NCBI GenBank assembly: GCA_051881435.1
Contig: JBJEPW010000001.1
Coordinates: 3,869-67,868, forward strand
From: Candidatus Fimenecus sp.
Lineage (GTDB): Bacteria; Bacillota; Clostridia; Oscillospirales; Acutalibacteraceae
Direction: 5' to 3'
DNA length: 64,000 nucleotides
Shown: piece by piece, positions 47,044-56,956 of the stretch
Position numbering within the stretch: position 1 is the first letter of the stretch
Layout of the letters: each line of letters starts with the position of its first letter
Position numbers and translations under genes: made by a program
Notes under the pieces: generated by a model
What the model was told of the DNA's origin: nothing
Seen by the model: only the letters and a program-made list of their open reading frames with translations
Database searches by the model: none

Positions 47044-48444
47044 TTATATTCCGAAATACTTTTTTGCGTTGTTAAAGGAAATATCCGCAACTATTTGCGA
47101 AAGGAAAGCAATATCGCAGGGGTACTTGCCCTCTTCAACAAGGTCGCCTAAAAGCTCGCAGAGAATGCGGCGGAAATATTCATGGCGGGGATAGGATAAA
47201 AAGCTTCTTGAATCCGTAACCATTCCCACAAATTTGCCGAGAACGCCTAAATTTGCGAGGGCCTTCATCTGCTGACGCATACCGTCGTAGTTATCGTTGA
47301 ACCACCAAGCAGAGCCGAACTGAATTTTTGATTGAGCCTCGCTTGACTGGAAGTTGCCAAGCATTGTGCCCAGAACATAATTATCCTTGGGATTAAGAGT
47401 GAACAGTACGGTTTTGGGCAGTGAGCCTTTTACCTCCAAGGCGTCGAGATAACGGGACAGTCCGTGGGCAAGTCGGTAATCGTCAACGGAGTCAAAGCCT
47501 GTATCGGGTCCAAGCAAATTAAACATTTTTGTGTTGTTGTTTCTCATTGCGCCGAAATGAAGCTCCATCACCCAGCCCCGTTTTGCATACTGCTCGCCGA
47601 AGAACATAAGCAGCGCGGTGCGGTACATATCAAGCTCTTTTTCAGTGAAAGTACCGTGAGAAAGTGCCTTTTTGAAAATCTCTTCAAGCTGTTCGTCCGT
47701 TGCAGGCTCAAAGGGACAGTAAGCGAGGGCGTGGTCACTTGCGCGGCAGCCCATTTCATCGAAAAATTCAATTCTCTTTTCAAGGGCATGAAGCAAAGAT
47801 GCAAAGCTGTCGATTTTCATATGGTTGGCTTTTTCCATTGCCTCAATCCAAGGGACAAACACATCGCTTTCAATCAGGAAAGATTTATCGGGACGGAAAG
47901 CGGGAAGAACCTTGCAATTAAAGGAACTGTCCGCCGCCAAAAGCTTATGGTATTCAAGGCTGTCCGCCGCGTCGTCCGTTGTGCAAACGCAGGCAACATT
48001 TGATTTTTCAATAAGCTCGCGGGGCGTAAAGCCGCCCGCTTCAATTTTCGCGTTGCACTTTTCCCATATAGAGGGTGCGGATTTTGGGCTTAACGGCTCG
48101 TAAATGTCAAAATACCTCTGCAATTCCAAATGAGTCCAATGATAAAGAGGATTGCCGATGCAGTAGGGGAGGGCTTCCGCGTATTTCAGAAATTTTTCGT
48201 ATCCCGTGCTGTCGCCCGTTATGTATTTTTCGTCAATACCGTATGAGCGCATAGCTCTCCATTTGTAATGGTCGCCGCCGAGCCAAAGCTCTGCAATATC
48301 GGCAGGCTTGCGGTTTTCGTAAATCTCTTTTGGGGACAAATGACAGTGCCAGTCAAAAATCGGCGTGTCCTTTGCACCGTAGTTGTATATTTCCTGCGCT
48401 GTGTCGGTGGTAAGAAGGAAATCGTCATTCATAAAAGCTTTCAT
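47044..48444 (-). CDS. uxaC: glucuronate isomerase
   Basis: DFLLTTDTAQEIY...PIFDWHCHLSP, GGDHYKWR, WWFND. Start trimmed to MKAFMNDD. Confidence 0.9.
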   Translation of the reverse strand: MKAFMNDDFLLTTDTAQEIYNYGAKDTPIFDWHCHLSPKEIYENRKPADIAELWLGGDHYKWRAMRSYGIDEKYITGDSTGYEKFLKYAEALPYCIGNPLYHWTHLELQRYFDIYEPLSPKSAPSIWEKCNAKIEAGGFTPRELIEKSNVACVCTTDDAADSLEYHKLLAADSSFNCKVLPAFRPDKSFLIESDVFVPWIEAMEKANHMKIDSFASLLHALEKRIEFFDEMGCRASDHALAYCPFEPATDEQLEEIFKKALSHGTFTEKELDMYRTALLMFFGEQYAKRGWVMELHFGAMRNNNTKMFNLLGPDTGFDSVDDYRLAHGLSRYLDALEVKGSLPKTVLFTLNPKDNYVLGTMLGNFQSSEAQSKIQFGSAWWFNDNYDGMRQQMKALANLGVLGKFVGMVTDSRSFLSYPRHEYFRRILCELLGDLVEEGKYPCDIAFLSQIVADISFNNAKKYFGI

Positions 48445-48576
48445 AAAAATCACCTTGCCATTATATAAAATACATCTATTTTCACCATTGTACCATATTT
48501 TTCGGGAAAAGCACATACCTAAATTAAAATTTACGATTTTGTAATCGTTTTGTCACCTAAGAAAGCCAACATACTA

Positions 48577-48605
48577 TTGAAATAAGCGGCGTAATATGTT
48601 ACAAT
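48577..48605 (+). promoter_or_regulatory. candidate yebC promoter
   Basis: TTGAAA (48577-48582), 17 nt, TGtTACAAT (-10 at 48600-48605). Confidence 0.55.
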
Positions 48606-48639
48606 AAAACGAATTATATTGATTTTCAGAGGTAATTTT

Positions 48640-49380
48640 ATGTCAGGACATTCAAAGTGGAGCACAATCAAAAGAAAAAAAGAAAAAACCGATAACGCCA
48701 GAGCAAAGGTGTTTACCAAAATCGGCAGAGAAATTGCCGTTGCGGTTAAAGAGGGCGGCCCCGACCCCGCGGGCAACTCAAAGCTCAAAGATGTAATCGC
48801 AAAGGCAAAAGCAGCCAATGTGCCTAATGATAATATCGAAAGAATTATCAAAAAAGCGGCGGGCGACGGCAGTGCGGATAACTACGAGGAAATCGTTTAT
48901 GAGGGCTACGGTCCTTCGGGAATTGCGGTAATTGTTGAAACTCTTACCGATAACCGTAACAGAACTGCGGCAGATGTTCGCCACTATTTCGATAAATACG
49001 GCGGAAATATGGGGCAGAGCGGATGCGTTTCCTTTATGTTCAGCCGTCAGGGCGTTATTCTTTTTGAAAAAGAGGGCATTGATGAGGACAAGCTTATGGA
49101 GGATGCTCTCGAGGCGGGTGCTGTGGATTTCATAACTGATGATGAGATTTACGATGTCCGCACCGAGCCTTCGGATATGGGCGCAGTTCGTGATGACCTT
49201 GAAGCCAAAGGCTATACCTTTGTATCGGCAGAGGTGGAGTATGTTCCCTCAACCTACACAACTCTTTCCAACCCCGATGATATTAAGAATATGGGCAAAA
49301 TGCTTGAAATGTTCGAGGATAATGACGATGTCCAGAATGTTTACCATAACTGGGAAAATGAGGACGATTACGAGGGCTGA
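48640..49380 (+). CDS. yebC: YebC/PmpR-family transcriptional regulator
   Basis: MSGHSKWSTIKRKKEKTDNARAKVFTK. Confidence 0.95.
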   Translation: MSGHSKWSTIKRKKEKTDNARAKVFTKIGREIAVAVKEGGPDPAGNSKLKDVIAKAKAANVPNDNIERIIKKAAGDGSADNYEEIVYEGYGPSGIAVIVETLTDNRNRTAADVRHYFDKYGGNMGQSGCVSFMFSRQGVILFEKEGIDEDKLMEDALEAGAVDFITDDEIYDVRTEPSDMGAVRDDLEAKGYTFVSAEVEYVPSTYTTLSNPDDIKNMGKMLEMFEDNDDVQNVYHNWENEDDYEG

Positions 49381-49421
49381 TATTCTCGTTCGCGGTTTAG
49401 ATTTTCAAGGGAAGTGTTTTT

Positions 49422-50633
49422 TTGAAAATACTGATGGTGTCACAGCATTTTTATCCCGATAATTTCAGGATAAACGATATTGTGAAAATGCTCACCGAAA
49501 AAGGTCACAGCGTTACGGTGCTGACTTCACTGCCCGATTACGCAACCGGCAAAGTACCCACCGATTGCAAAGGCTTAAAAAACAGAAAAATAAATTGGAA
49601 CGGCGCAACGGTTATCCGCTGCTTTTCCGTAGCGAGAAGAAGCGGAGTGCTTTTCAGGGCGCTTAATTACTTTTCCTTTTTCCTTTCGTCAACCTTAAAG
49701 GCATTGAGACTTAAAGAAAAATTCGATGTTGTAATGTGTTATCAGACATCTCCCGTGCTTATGGCAAACGGTGCAAGAGCGGCGGCGAAAAAACAGGGAA
49801 CCCCTTTCCTTATTTATTGCCTTGATTTGTGGCCTGAATCACTTAAAGCATGGCATGTGGGCGAGGGCAATCCGCTGTTTAAGCTTATGAGCCGTTATTC
49901 CCGTGGGATTTATAACAGTGCCGACAGAGTGGTTGTAACCTCTGAACCGTTTATTGATTATCTTCACGAGGTAAACGGCGTGCCGAAAGAAAAGCTTTTC
50001 TATATGCCTCAGCATGCCGAGTCCCTTGATTTAGAGCCGAAAGAGAGAAACGGAAAGGTTGTTTTTGCTTTCGGCGGCAATATCGGCAGTGTTCAGAATA
50101 TTGAATGTATCATAAAGGCAGTGGGCGAAATAAAAGATGTACCCGGTTTCAGCGTTGAAATATACGGCGACGGAAGCGAATTGCAGAATTGCAAGGAACT
50201 TTCCGACAAAATGGGTACAGATAAGATAATAACATTTTTCGGCAGAGTGGACAGAGAGACACTGGCGGAAAAATATAAAAATGCAGACGCGTTTTTGTTA
50301 ACCTTAAAACCGGAGGGCATAATCGGTCAAACCTTGCCTGCAAAGCTTCAGGAGTATATGTCGGGCAACAGACCTGTTATCGCGTCTATCGAGGGCGCGG
50401 CGCAAAAGGTTATAGAAGAGTCAAAATGCGGAATTTGCGTTCCTGCCGACGATTACTGTGCGCTTGCAGAGGCTATGAAGAGTTTTATCCTTAACGGAGA
50501 AGAATTTGACGGCTGTGCTCAAAACGGCAAGGAGTATTTCCTAAGATATTTTACGGGAGAAAAGTTTATTGCCGACCTTGAAAATCATTTTGAGGAGCTC
50601 GTTTCGGCATCACCTAACGGAGAAAAGAAATGA
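49422..50633 (+). CDS. glycosyltransferase family 4, WbuB/WcaI-like
   Basis: (TTG)KILMVSQHFYPDNFRINDI N-terminus typical of WcaI/WbuB-type GTs. RBS AAGGGAAG. Confidence 0.75.
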   Translation: MKILMVSQHFYPDNFRINDIVKMLTEKGHSVTVLTSLPDYATGKVPTDCKGLKNRKINWNGATVIRCFSVARRSGVLFRALNYFSFFLSSTLKALRLKEKFDVVMCYQTSPVLMANGARAAAKKQGTPFLIYCLDLWPESLKAWHVGEGNPLFKLMSRYSRGIYNSADRVVVTSEPFIDYLHEVNGVPKEKLFYMPQHAESLDLEPKERNGKVVFAFGGNIGSVQNIECIIKAVGEIKDVPGFSVEIYGDGSELQNCKELSDKMGTDKIITFFGRVDRETLAEKYKNADAFLLTLKPEGIIGQTLPAKLQEYMSGNRPVIASIEGAAQKVIEESKCGICVPADDYCALAEAMKSFILNGEEFDGCAQNGKEYFLRYFTGEKFIADLENHFEELVSASPNGEKK

Positions 50634-51817
50634 AAATACTTCAGATTAACTCGGTGTGCGGCTTTGGCAGTACCGGCAGAATAGCCGTTCAAATACAAAA
50701 AACGGTTGAGCAAAACGGCGGCGAGGGCGTTATAGCTTTCGGCAGAGATGACGCTCCCGACGGTGTGAATTCCTATAAAATAAACAGCGAAATTGATGTA
50801 AAAATTCACGGCGTTTTGTCAAGAATAACCGACAGGCAGGGATTTTATTCAAAGGGTGCAACGCGCCGCCTTGTACGCTTTATAAAAGAATATAATCCCG
50901 ATGTAATTCATCTTCATAATATTCACGGCTATTATCTCAACGCAAAAATATTGTTTGATTTTCTCGCAGAGTACGGCAAGCCCGTTGTGTGGACTCTCCA
51001 CGATTGCTGGGCGTTCACGGGGCATTGCTCATATTTTTCATATGAGGGTTGCGATAAGTGGAAAAGCGGATGCTATTCATGCCCGCTTAAAAATGAGTAT
51101 CCTGCAAGTCTTCTTATGGATAACTCGAAAAAGAATTATAATGAAAAGAAAAAGCTTTTTACTTCTTTAAAAAATGCCGTAATTGTAACGCCGTCAAAGT
51201 GGCTCGGCGAAATTGTAAAAGAGTCTTTTCTGGGCAAGTATCCCGTCAGGGTGATATACAACGGAATTGATACTGATTGTTTTAAGCCGACGGAAAGTAA
51301 TTTCAAAGAAAAAAACGGCATTGAGGATAAAAAAATCGTATTGGGTGTTGCAAGCGTTTGGGAAAAGAGAAAAGGTCTTAACGATTTCTTTAAATTGAAC
51401 GAAATAATCGGCGATGATTACAGAATTGTGCTTGTAGGGCTTAATGACGCTCAGCTTGCCGAATTGCCTGAGGGCATTATGGGAATAAAGAGGACAAGCA
51501 ACGCCCGCGAACTTGCCGAAATATATACTGCGGCGGATGTGTTTGTAAATACAACATATGAGGATAATTATCCCACAACCAATTTAGAGGCGCTTTCCTG
51601 CGGGACGCCTGTTGTAACATATAACACGGGCGGAAGTCCCGAAAGCGTCCGGGAGGGTAACGGCTTTACCGTCCCGCAGGGTGACGTGAATGCGATTTCA
51701 GAAGTATTGCCCAGAGCATCGGAACTGAAAGTTGTTACCGACGGAGAATTCAGCGCTTCACTAAAATACGAGGAATACATTTCTCTTTATAAAAAAATAA
51801 TTGCAAACAGCAAATAG
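50630..51817 (+). CDS. glycosyltransferase family 4, Cys-rich N-domain paralogue C
   Basis: HDCWAFTGHCSYF..GC...GCYSCP. Alignable with 13800-15023 and 15040-16257. TYEDNYPTTNLEALSCGTPVV. Confidence 0.8.
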   Translation: MKILQINSVCGFGSTGRIAVQIQKTVEQNGGEGVIAFGRDDAPDGVNSYKINSEIDVKIHGVLSRITDRQGFYSKGATRRLVRFIKEYNPDVIHLHNIHGYYLNAKILFDFLAEYGKPVVWTLHDCWAFTGHCSYFSYEGCDKWKSGCYSCPLKNEYPASLLMDNSKKNYNEKKKLFTSLKNAVIVTPSKWLGEIVKESFLGKYPVRVIYNGIDTDCFKPTESNFKEKNGIEDKKIVLGVASVWEKRKGLNDFFKLNEIIGDDYRIVLVGLNDAQLAELPEGIMGIKRTSNARELAEIYTAADVFVNTTYEDNYPTTNLEALSCGTPVVTYNTGGSPESVREGNGFTVPQGDVNAISEVLPRASELKVVTDGEFSASLKYEEYISLYKKIIANSK

Positions 51818-51865
51818 ACTTTTTTACCGATTTTTAATCGTGACGGAAAGATTTCGGAGGTCATT

Positions 51866-52693
51866 ATGGAAAATACGGATTTTTTGCCCAAGCTTCATTC
51901 CTGCCAGCTTATAATAGCAAGGGAAATAAAGCGGATTTGTGAGGAAAACAACATAAAGTATTTCATGATTGCAGGAACTTTGCTGGGCGCAGTAAGGCAT
52001 AAAGGCTTTATCCCGTGGGATGACGATATGGATATCGGAATGCTGCGTGAGGATTATGAGCGCTTTATTGAAATCGCGAAAAAAAAATTGGGCGAAGATT
52101 TCTTCCTGCAAACCACCGATACGGACGCATTTTACGGGTTGAGTTTTGCAAAGGTGCTGTTAAAGGGCACAAAGCTTGTTGAACAGTCGGCAGGGAACCT
52201 TGCTCAAAAGGGAATATTTGTTGATGTATTTCCCTTTGACGCTGTTCCCGAAGATTCCGCGCAGGAGGAAAAACACGAAAAAAACACATATTTTTACAGA
52301 AGACTTCTGCTTGCGAAAAAGAAATATAATGTTTGCGGAAAAAGTGAATATGTAAAAAAAGCCGTATATACAGGGCTGGGCGTTTTAGCGTCATTTTACA
52401 GTTCAAAAAAGCTTTGCAACAAGCTTGAATACGAAATACAAAAATATAACGGCTCGTCGGACAGTGAAAGAATAGTTAATATCGGCGGCGCATACGGCTA
52501 TAAAAAAGAAACCATTGAGCGTAAATGGGTGGAAAATACCGTTGAACTTCCCTTTGAGGATATGACCCTTGCCGCGCCTGCGGATTACAAGGCGTATCTT
52601 GAATATTTCTACGGCGATTATATGACGCCTCCTCCCGAGGACAAGCGTTATAACCGCCACGGAATTGTTGAACTCGATTTCGGAAAGTATTAA
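51866..52693 (+). CDS. LicD-family phosphotransferase
   Basis: [28 protein letters not shown]. Confidence 0.8.
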   Translation: MENTDFLPKLHSCQLIIAREIKRICEENNIKYFMIAGTLLGAVRHKGFIPWDDDMDIGMLREDYERFIEIAKKKLGEDFFLQTTDTDAFYGLSFAKVLLKGTKLVEQSAGNLAQKGIFVDVFPFDAVPEDSAQEEKHEKNTYFYRRLLLAKKKYNVCGKSEYVKKAVYTGLGVLASFYSSKKLCNKLEYEIQKYNGSSDSERIVNIGGAYGYKKETIERKWVENTVELPFEDMTLAAPADYKAYLEYFYGDYMTPPPEDKRYNRHGIVELDFGKY

Positions 52694-52704
52694 GGAGATT
52701 TATT

Positions 52705-53094
52705 ATGAAAAAAGTTATAACCTACGGAACCTTTGATTTGCTTCATTACGGTCACATTCAGCTTTTGCGCCGTGCAAAGGCATACGGCGACTATCTTATT
52801 GTTGCATTGTCAACCGATGAATTTAACTGGAACGAAAAGCAGAAAAAATGCTATTTCAGTTATGAGCAGAGAAAGATGCTTCTTGAATCTATCCGTTATG
52901 TTGACCTTGTAATTCCTGAGGAAAACTGGGCTCAAAAGGTGACCGATGTTCAGGAGTTTAAGGTTGATACCTTTGTAATGGGCGACGATTGGGAAGGAAA
53001 ATTCGATTTTCTCAAAGATTACTGCGATGTGGTTTATCTCCCCAGAACACCTGAAATTTCTACAACACAAATTAAGAAGGATTTGGGAAAATAA
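52705..53094 (+). CDS. tagD: glycerol-3-phosphate cytidylyltransferase
   Basis: 129 aa, [27 protein letters not shown]. Confidence 0.9.
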   Translation: MKKVITYGTFDLLHYGHIQLLRRAKAYGDYLIVALSTDEFNWNEKQKKCYFSYEQRKMLLESIRYVDLVIPEENWAQKVTDVQEFKVDTFVMGDDWEGKFDFLKDYCDVVYLPRTPEISTTQIKKDLGK

Positions 53095-54194
53095 TGAAAA
53101 AAGTTCTCATTTTTGCTCCCACCGCGCCTTCAAGCGGTATAACGCAGTATGTACTTAATATACTCGGGAAAATAGACTCTGAGGGTATTAGCTTTGATAT
53201 TTTGTCTTTTCGCAATGACCGCTTAAAAAAATGGGCGGAGGAACACGGCGGCGAGTATTTTGAATTTGATATTTCAATGTATAAGCACCCTGTGTTATAC
53301 AGAAAATTCCTGAAAAATGTCTTTTCAAGAGGGTATGATGTTGTTCATTACAATATTTCCACAATTTCAACGCTTTTGATTTTCAAATATGCAAAAAAAT
53401 ATTCAAACGCCCGTTTGATTGTTCATTCTCATGCCTGCTCCATTGAATCTCAATCCAGATTGCGATACATTGTGTTCGATAATGTTCATAAGCTGTTGCG
53501 CGTTTTTGCAAACCGTTATTCCGATTGCAAATGCGCATGTTCCGTTCTTGCTGCAGAGTGGATGTACGGAAAGAAAGCGGCAAAAAATGCGATTATTCTG
53601 AATAACGCCGTTGATATTGAAAAATTTGCTTACAGTGAAAGCGACAGGAACGCGTTAAGAGAAGAGCTCGGTATAAAAACTAAATATGTTTTAGGTCACA
53701 TCGGGCGTTTTGCAGTTCCTAAAAATCACAGTTTTATCCTTGATGTATTTGCAGAGGTCTTGAAAAGAAATGATGATTGCACACTCGTTTTAGTGGGTAA
53801 CGGTGAGTTGGAAAATCAGATTAAGCAAAAGGCAAAGGATATGGGGCTTAATGAGAAAATTGTATTTGTAGATTTTAAAGAGGATATATACAGATACTAT
53901 TCTTTATTCGACTTGTTTTTAATGCCGTCGCTGTTTGAAGCGTTCCCTATAACACTTGTGGAGGCTCAGGCAAACGGACTCAGAGCGATTGTAAGCGATA
54001 CTGTTACGGAAAAGTGCAATGTTGCAGGCTTGATTGAGTTTTTTTCTTTGGAAAAAGGAAGTGCTGCGTGGGCGGAAAAAATTATTGAAATCCTTGAAAA
54101 CACATCAAGGTTGAATGTACTTAAAGAAATAGAAGCTTGCGGTTTTTCTTTAAATCAGCAAATAAGAATTATAGTGGATTTGTATTTTAATTAA
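53094..54194 (+). CDS. glycosyltransferase family 4
   Basis: GRFAVPKNH, MPSLFEAFPITLVEAQANG. Confidence 0.8.
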   Translation: MKKVLIFAPTAPSSGITQYVLNILGKIDSEGISFDILSFRNDRLKKWAEEHGGEYFEFDISMYKHPVLYRKFLKNVFSRGYDVVHYNISTISTLLIFKYAKKYSNARLIVHSHACSIESQSRLRYIVFDNVHKLLRVFANRYSDCKCACSVLAAEWMYGKKAAKNAIILNNAVDIEKFAYSESDRNALREELGIKTKYVLGHIGRFAVPKNHSFILDVFAEVLKRNDDCTLVLVGNGELENQIKQKAKDMGLNEKIVFVDFKEDIYRYYSLFDLFLMPSLFEAFPITLVEAQANGLRAIVSDTVTEKCNVAGLIEFFSLEKGSAAWAEKIIEILENTSRLNVLKEIEACGFSLNQQIRIIVDLYFN

Positions 54195-55682
54195 ATGAAA
54201 AGGGGGATATCATTGGTTGGCAACAGCTTAGGAAAAGCAATGTTCAGGTATTTTCAAATAACTTTGCTTCTTTGCTCGGTTGCGGGAGAAATTATTGGGC
54301 AGATTACCTTGAACAATGATATTCTTCTAATATCTTTGGGGTTGCTCTTGATTTGCAATCTGTTTTACGGCATGGAGAAAATGCGTGAACGATTTGTCTT
54401 CTTCTTTTTCAATTGTGCATGCGTTTTCTTTTTATACGGCAGAACATTCATTGATTATGTAGAGATGGATAATTGGCAATGGCTGTTTACCGAATCTGTT
54501 TACAGAACAGCTTTGACGATTGTTTATGTTTCGGTTTTTTCTTTGCTGATAGGCGCTGTGTTTTTCGGTCAGATTAAAGAAAAAAAATCAAGAATTCAAA
54601 TACCGGAAAATACACTTTGTTCAAAGCCGCTTTTGTATAGTGAGGAGTTCATAAAAAATATACAGATAATAGTTTTAATTGTGTATTTATTGTGCGTGAT
54701 TTGCACTTTTATTGCGGAAATTGAAAAGCCTATCGCTTTGCGAGGCAAATCATATACTGACTATTATGCAAATTTTGAAAGCTCATTGCCCGGTGTCATT
54801 CTTTCATTTTCTGCGTTGACAAAGTTTATGCTGTGCATGTATCTTGCAACAATGCCTACAAAGATGTCTGCATTTTTTGTACTGGGAATATATGTTTTTA
54901 CAACGATTCCTGTTTTCATTGTCGGGCAGAGGAATCCCTTTATCTCTGCGGCACTTTTTGCGGTATGTTATTATTTGCTTCGGGATTTCATTAACGGAGA
55001 AAAAGCAAAAAAATGGTTTGGAAAGTTTGAAACTGCAGCAGTTGTTATTGCACTTCCGTTTTTATTTGCATTTTTGTCACTATATGAGTCTATCAGAAAG
55101 GATATTCCTATAACAGAAATAAATGTTTTTAAATCAATACTTGATCTTTTCCATTCACAGGGAATAACATTTGAGGTTATTTGCAGAGCGATAAATCACA
55201 TTGATGAATTGCCGACGACGAATTTTAATTATACCTTCGGTTCTCTGATAAATTATTTTAAAGGTAATGGACTTTCAAGACTGCTTTTCGGATTTGAAAC
55301 TTATAAGATACAAACCGAGGAGGCGGCACTTTACGGTAACAGCCTAGATGCGACCATAAGTTATTTTGATTTGGGAAACAAGTATTTAGAGGGCGCCGGC
55401 TTGGGTTCATCTTATATTGTCGAAAATTATATAGATTTCGGCTATATCGGAGTGATTATTTTCAGCTTTTTGCTTGGAATGTTTTTAATTTGGCTTGTTA
55501 AGAATTTCAATAAAAATATTTTTGCATCGTATATCGTATTAGTTTCCCTGTTGCAACTGTTTATGCTGCCCCGTTCTTCTGCATCGGGATGGCTTGTACT
55601 GATAGTTTATATACCTGCAATATTTTTTATCGGAATTTTGTTTTTCGCCAGTTACCTATGTCAAAAAAAATATTATAAGTAA
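54195..55682 (+). CDS. Wzy-like oligosaccharide repeat-unit polymerase (polytopic membrane protein)
   Basis: 495 aa, >10 TM, AT-rich. Sits between GTs and chain-length genes. No strong motif. Confidence 0.45.
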   Translation: MKRGISLVGNSLGKAMFRYFQITLLLCSVAGEIIGQITLNNDILLISLGLLLICNLFYGMEKMRERFVFFFFNCACVFFLYGRTFIDYVEMDNWQWLFTESVYRTALTIVYVSVFSLLIGAVFFGQIKEKKSRIQIPENTLCSKPLLYSEEFIKNIQIIVLIVYLLCVICTFIAEIEKPIALRGKSYTDYYANFESSLPGVILSFSALTKFMLCMYLATMPTKMSAFFVLGIYVFTTIPVFIVGQRNPFISAALFAVCYYLLRDFINGEKAKKWFGKFETAAVVIALPFLFAFLSLYESIRKDIPITEINVFKSILDLFHSQGITFEVICRAINHIDELPTTNFNYTFGSLINYFKGNGLSRLLFGFETYKIQTEEAALYGNSLDATISYFDLGNKYLEGAGLGSSYIVENYIDFGYIGVIIFSFLLGMFLIWLVKNFNKNIFASYIVLVSLLQLFMLPRSSASGWLVLIVYIPAIFFIGILFFASYLCQKKYYK

Positions 55683-55714
55683 ATCTTTTAATACAGAAAG
55701 GTTGGAAAATCATT

Positions 55715-56488
55715 ATGTTTCAAAAGTTAGGTTTAAAGGATATTTTTACCGAAATCTGGTATCGCAAATTTATAATTGCCGGTATAGCTGTTTTGGCTGT
55801 CTTGTGTGCTATTGTAAATGTTTTTGTGTTTAACAGAGAAGAAAAAAAGACTATTGAAGCTGACGGTGCAAATACGGTTTACACAAAAACGATTCTCGTG
55901 AATATCGAGGCGAAAAAGGTATCTCCGTATTATGATATGTTAGGTCAGTCGCAAAAGCTCAGAAATCTGTATCTTACCACTTGTAAAACCGAGTATTTTG
56001 CACAGTATTTGCAGGATAACTTTTCTGACGAAGATAACCTGGGGGATTATTTAATCGCACAAAAAAATAAAAGCAATGTTGATGTTCCGGATAGTAACAT
56101 AAAAACAATTGCAGACTCAATGATATTTGAGGGCGCAGCTGATTCATCGTCTATTAAACTTTCATTTCAGTGCACAGACAGCGATATAGGAGATGAAATC
56201 ATCGGGTTGTTTATTCCTTACATGGAGGAAATGGAAGAGAAGCTCGGCGAGTCGGAGTTTGTTGAAATTGCAAGATCTTCTTATGTTAAAGAGGTTTCTT
56301 CGTTAATTCAGCCCATAAGCAGTACAAGTATAGCAAAAAACTTAATTAAAAATTTAATACTGTTTGTGGTAGGCTTTGAATTCCTATATTTGCTTGTTGT
56401 TTTGCTTATAGTTATGTTAGTACCCAAAGTACACACGGTAAACGATTTGAAGAATTATTTTGACGCTCCGGTTTGGGAGCACAAATAA
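55715..56488 (+). CDS. Wzz/CpsC-like chain-length determinant (2 TM + ~170-aa extracytoplasmic loop)
   Basis: TM1 FIIAGIAVLAVLCAIVNVFVF, TM2 LILFVVGFEFLYLLVVLLIVMLV. Architecture only. Confidence 0.5.
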   Translation: MFQKLGLKDIFTEIWYRKFIIAGIAVLAVLCAIVNVFVFNREEKKTIEADGANTVYTKTILVNIEAKKVSPYYDMLGQSQKLRNLYLTTCKTEYFAQYLQDNFSDEDNLGDYLIAQKNKSNVDVPDSNIKTIADSMIFEGAADSSSIKLSFQCTDSDIGDEIIGLFIPYMEEMEEKLGESEFVEIARSSYVKEVSSLIQPISSTSIAKNLIKNLILFVVGFEFLYLLVVLLIVMLVPKVHTVNDLKNYFDAPVWEHK

Positions 56489-56500
56489 GAGGTGAACGAT

Positions 56501-56956
56501 ATGAAAAGTGATTTGAAATATATTGCGAAGCAGATACTTAATCTGTCTGAAAAATACAGTGTTATAGGCTTTGCTTGTATTGGCGAAAAAGAAGGGTCAT
56601 ATAAAAATGATAATTTTTATCAGTTGACGGAATTATTAAAAGAGTCGGATAGAAAATTCGCTACGGTCAATTATGACGGTAATTATAAATTCGGTGCAGA
56701 TATTGACGCAACAGGAGTTTGTGACAACTTTTCTTACAATTTTAACAAAGTAGAGATACCTGAAAACTGTGTGGCCCTTGTAAACCTTAAACCTATTTCA
56801 GGCAATGAAAGCTTGTTTGATGTTGACGGAGCGCTGAATAAAATAATTCTCAGCGTTAAATACGGCAAGACATCTTATAACAACATAGAGAAAGCCGATA
56901 GACTGTTCAAAGAAAATAACATTGAAGTTATCGGCGTTGTAGCAAATAAAAGATGA
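56501..56956 (+). CDS. degenerate BY-kinase (CpsD)-like protein lacking Walker motifs and Tyr tail
   Basis: VIGFACIGEKEGS where ...GEGKS/T is expected, LVNLKPI where ...DTPP is expected, ends IEVIGVVANKR. ATGA overlap with the downstream Wzx. Confidence 0.4.
   Translation: MKSDLKYIAKQILNLSEKYSVIGFACIGEKEGSYKNDNFYQLTELLKESDRKFATVNYDGNYKFGADIDATGVCDNFSYNFNKVEIPENCVALVNLKPISGNESLFDVDGALNKIILSVKYGKTSYNNIEKADRLFKENNIEVIGVVANKR

Noticed and set aside
52079-52087. Homopolymer A-runs (A9 in licD; A8 at ~20878 and ~55655) as phase-variation switches
   Set aside because: They encode Lys runs in AT-rich genes. They are single tracts of modest length, and there is no evidence of length heterogeneity from one sequence. 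Noted only as a minor check.
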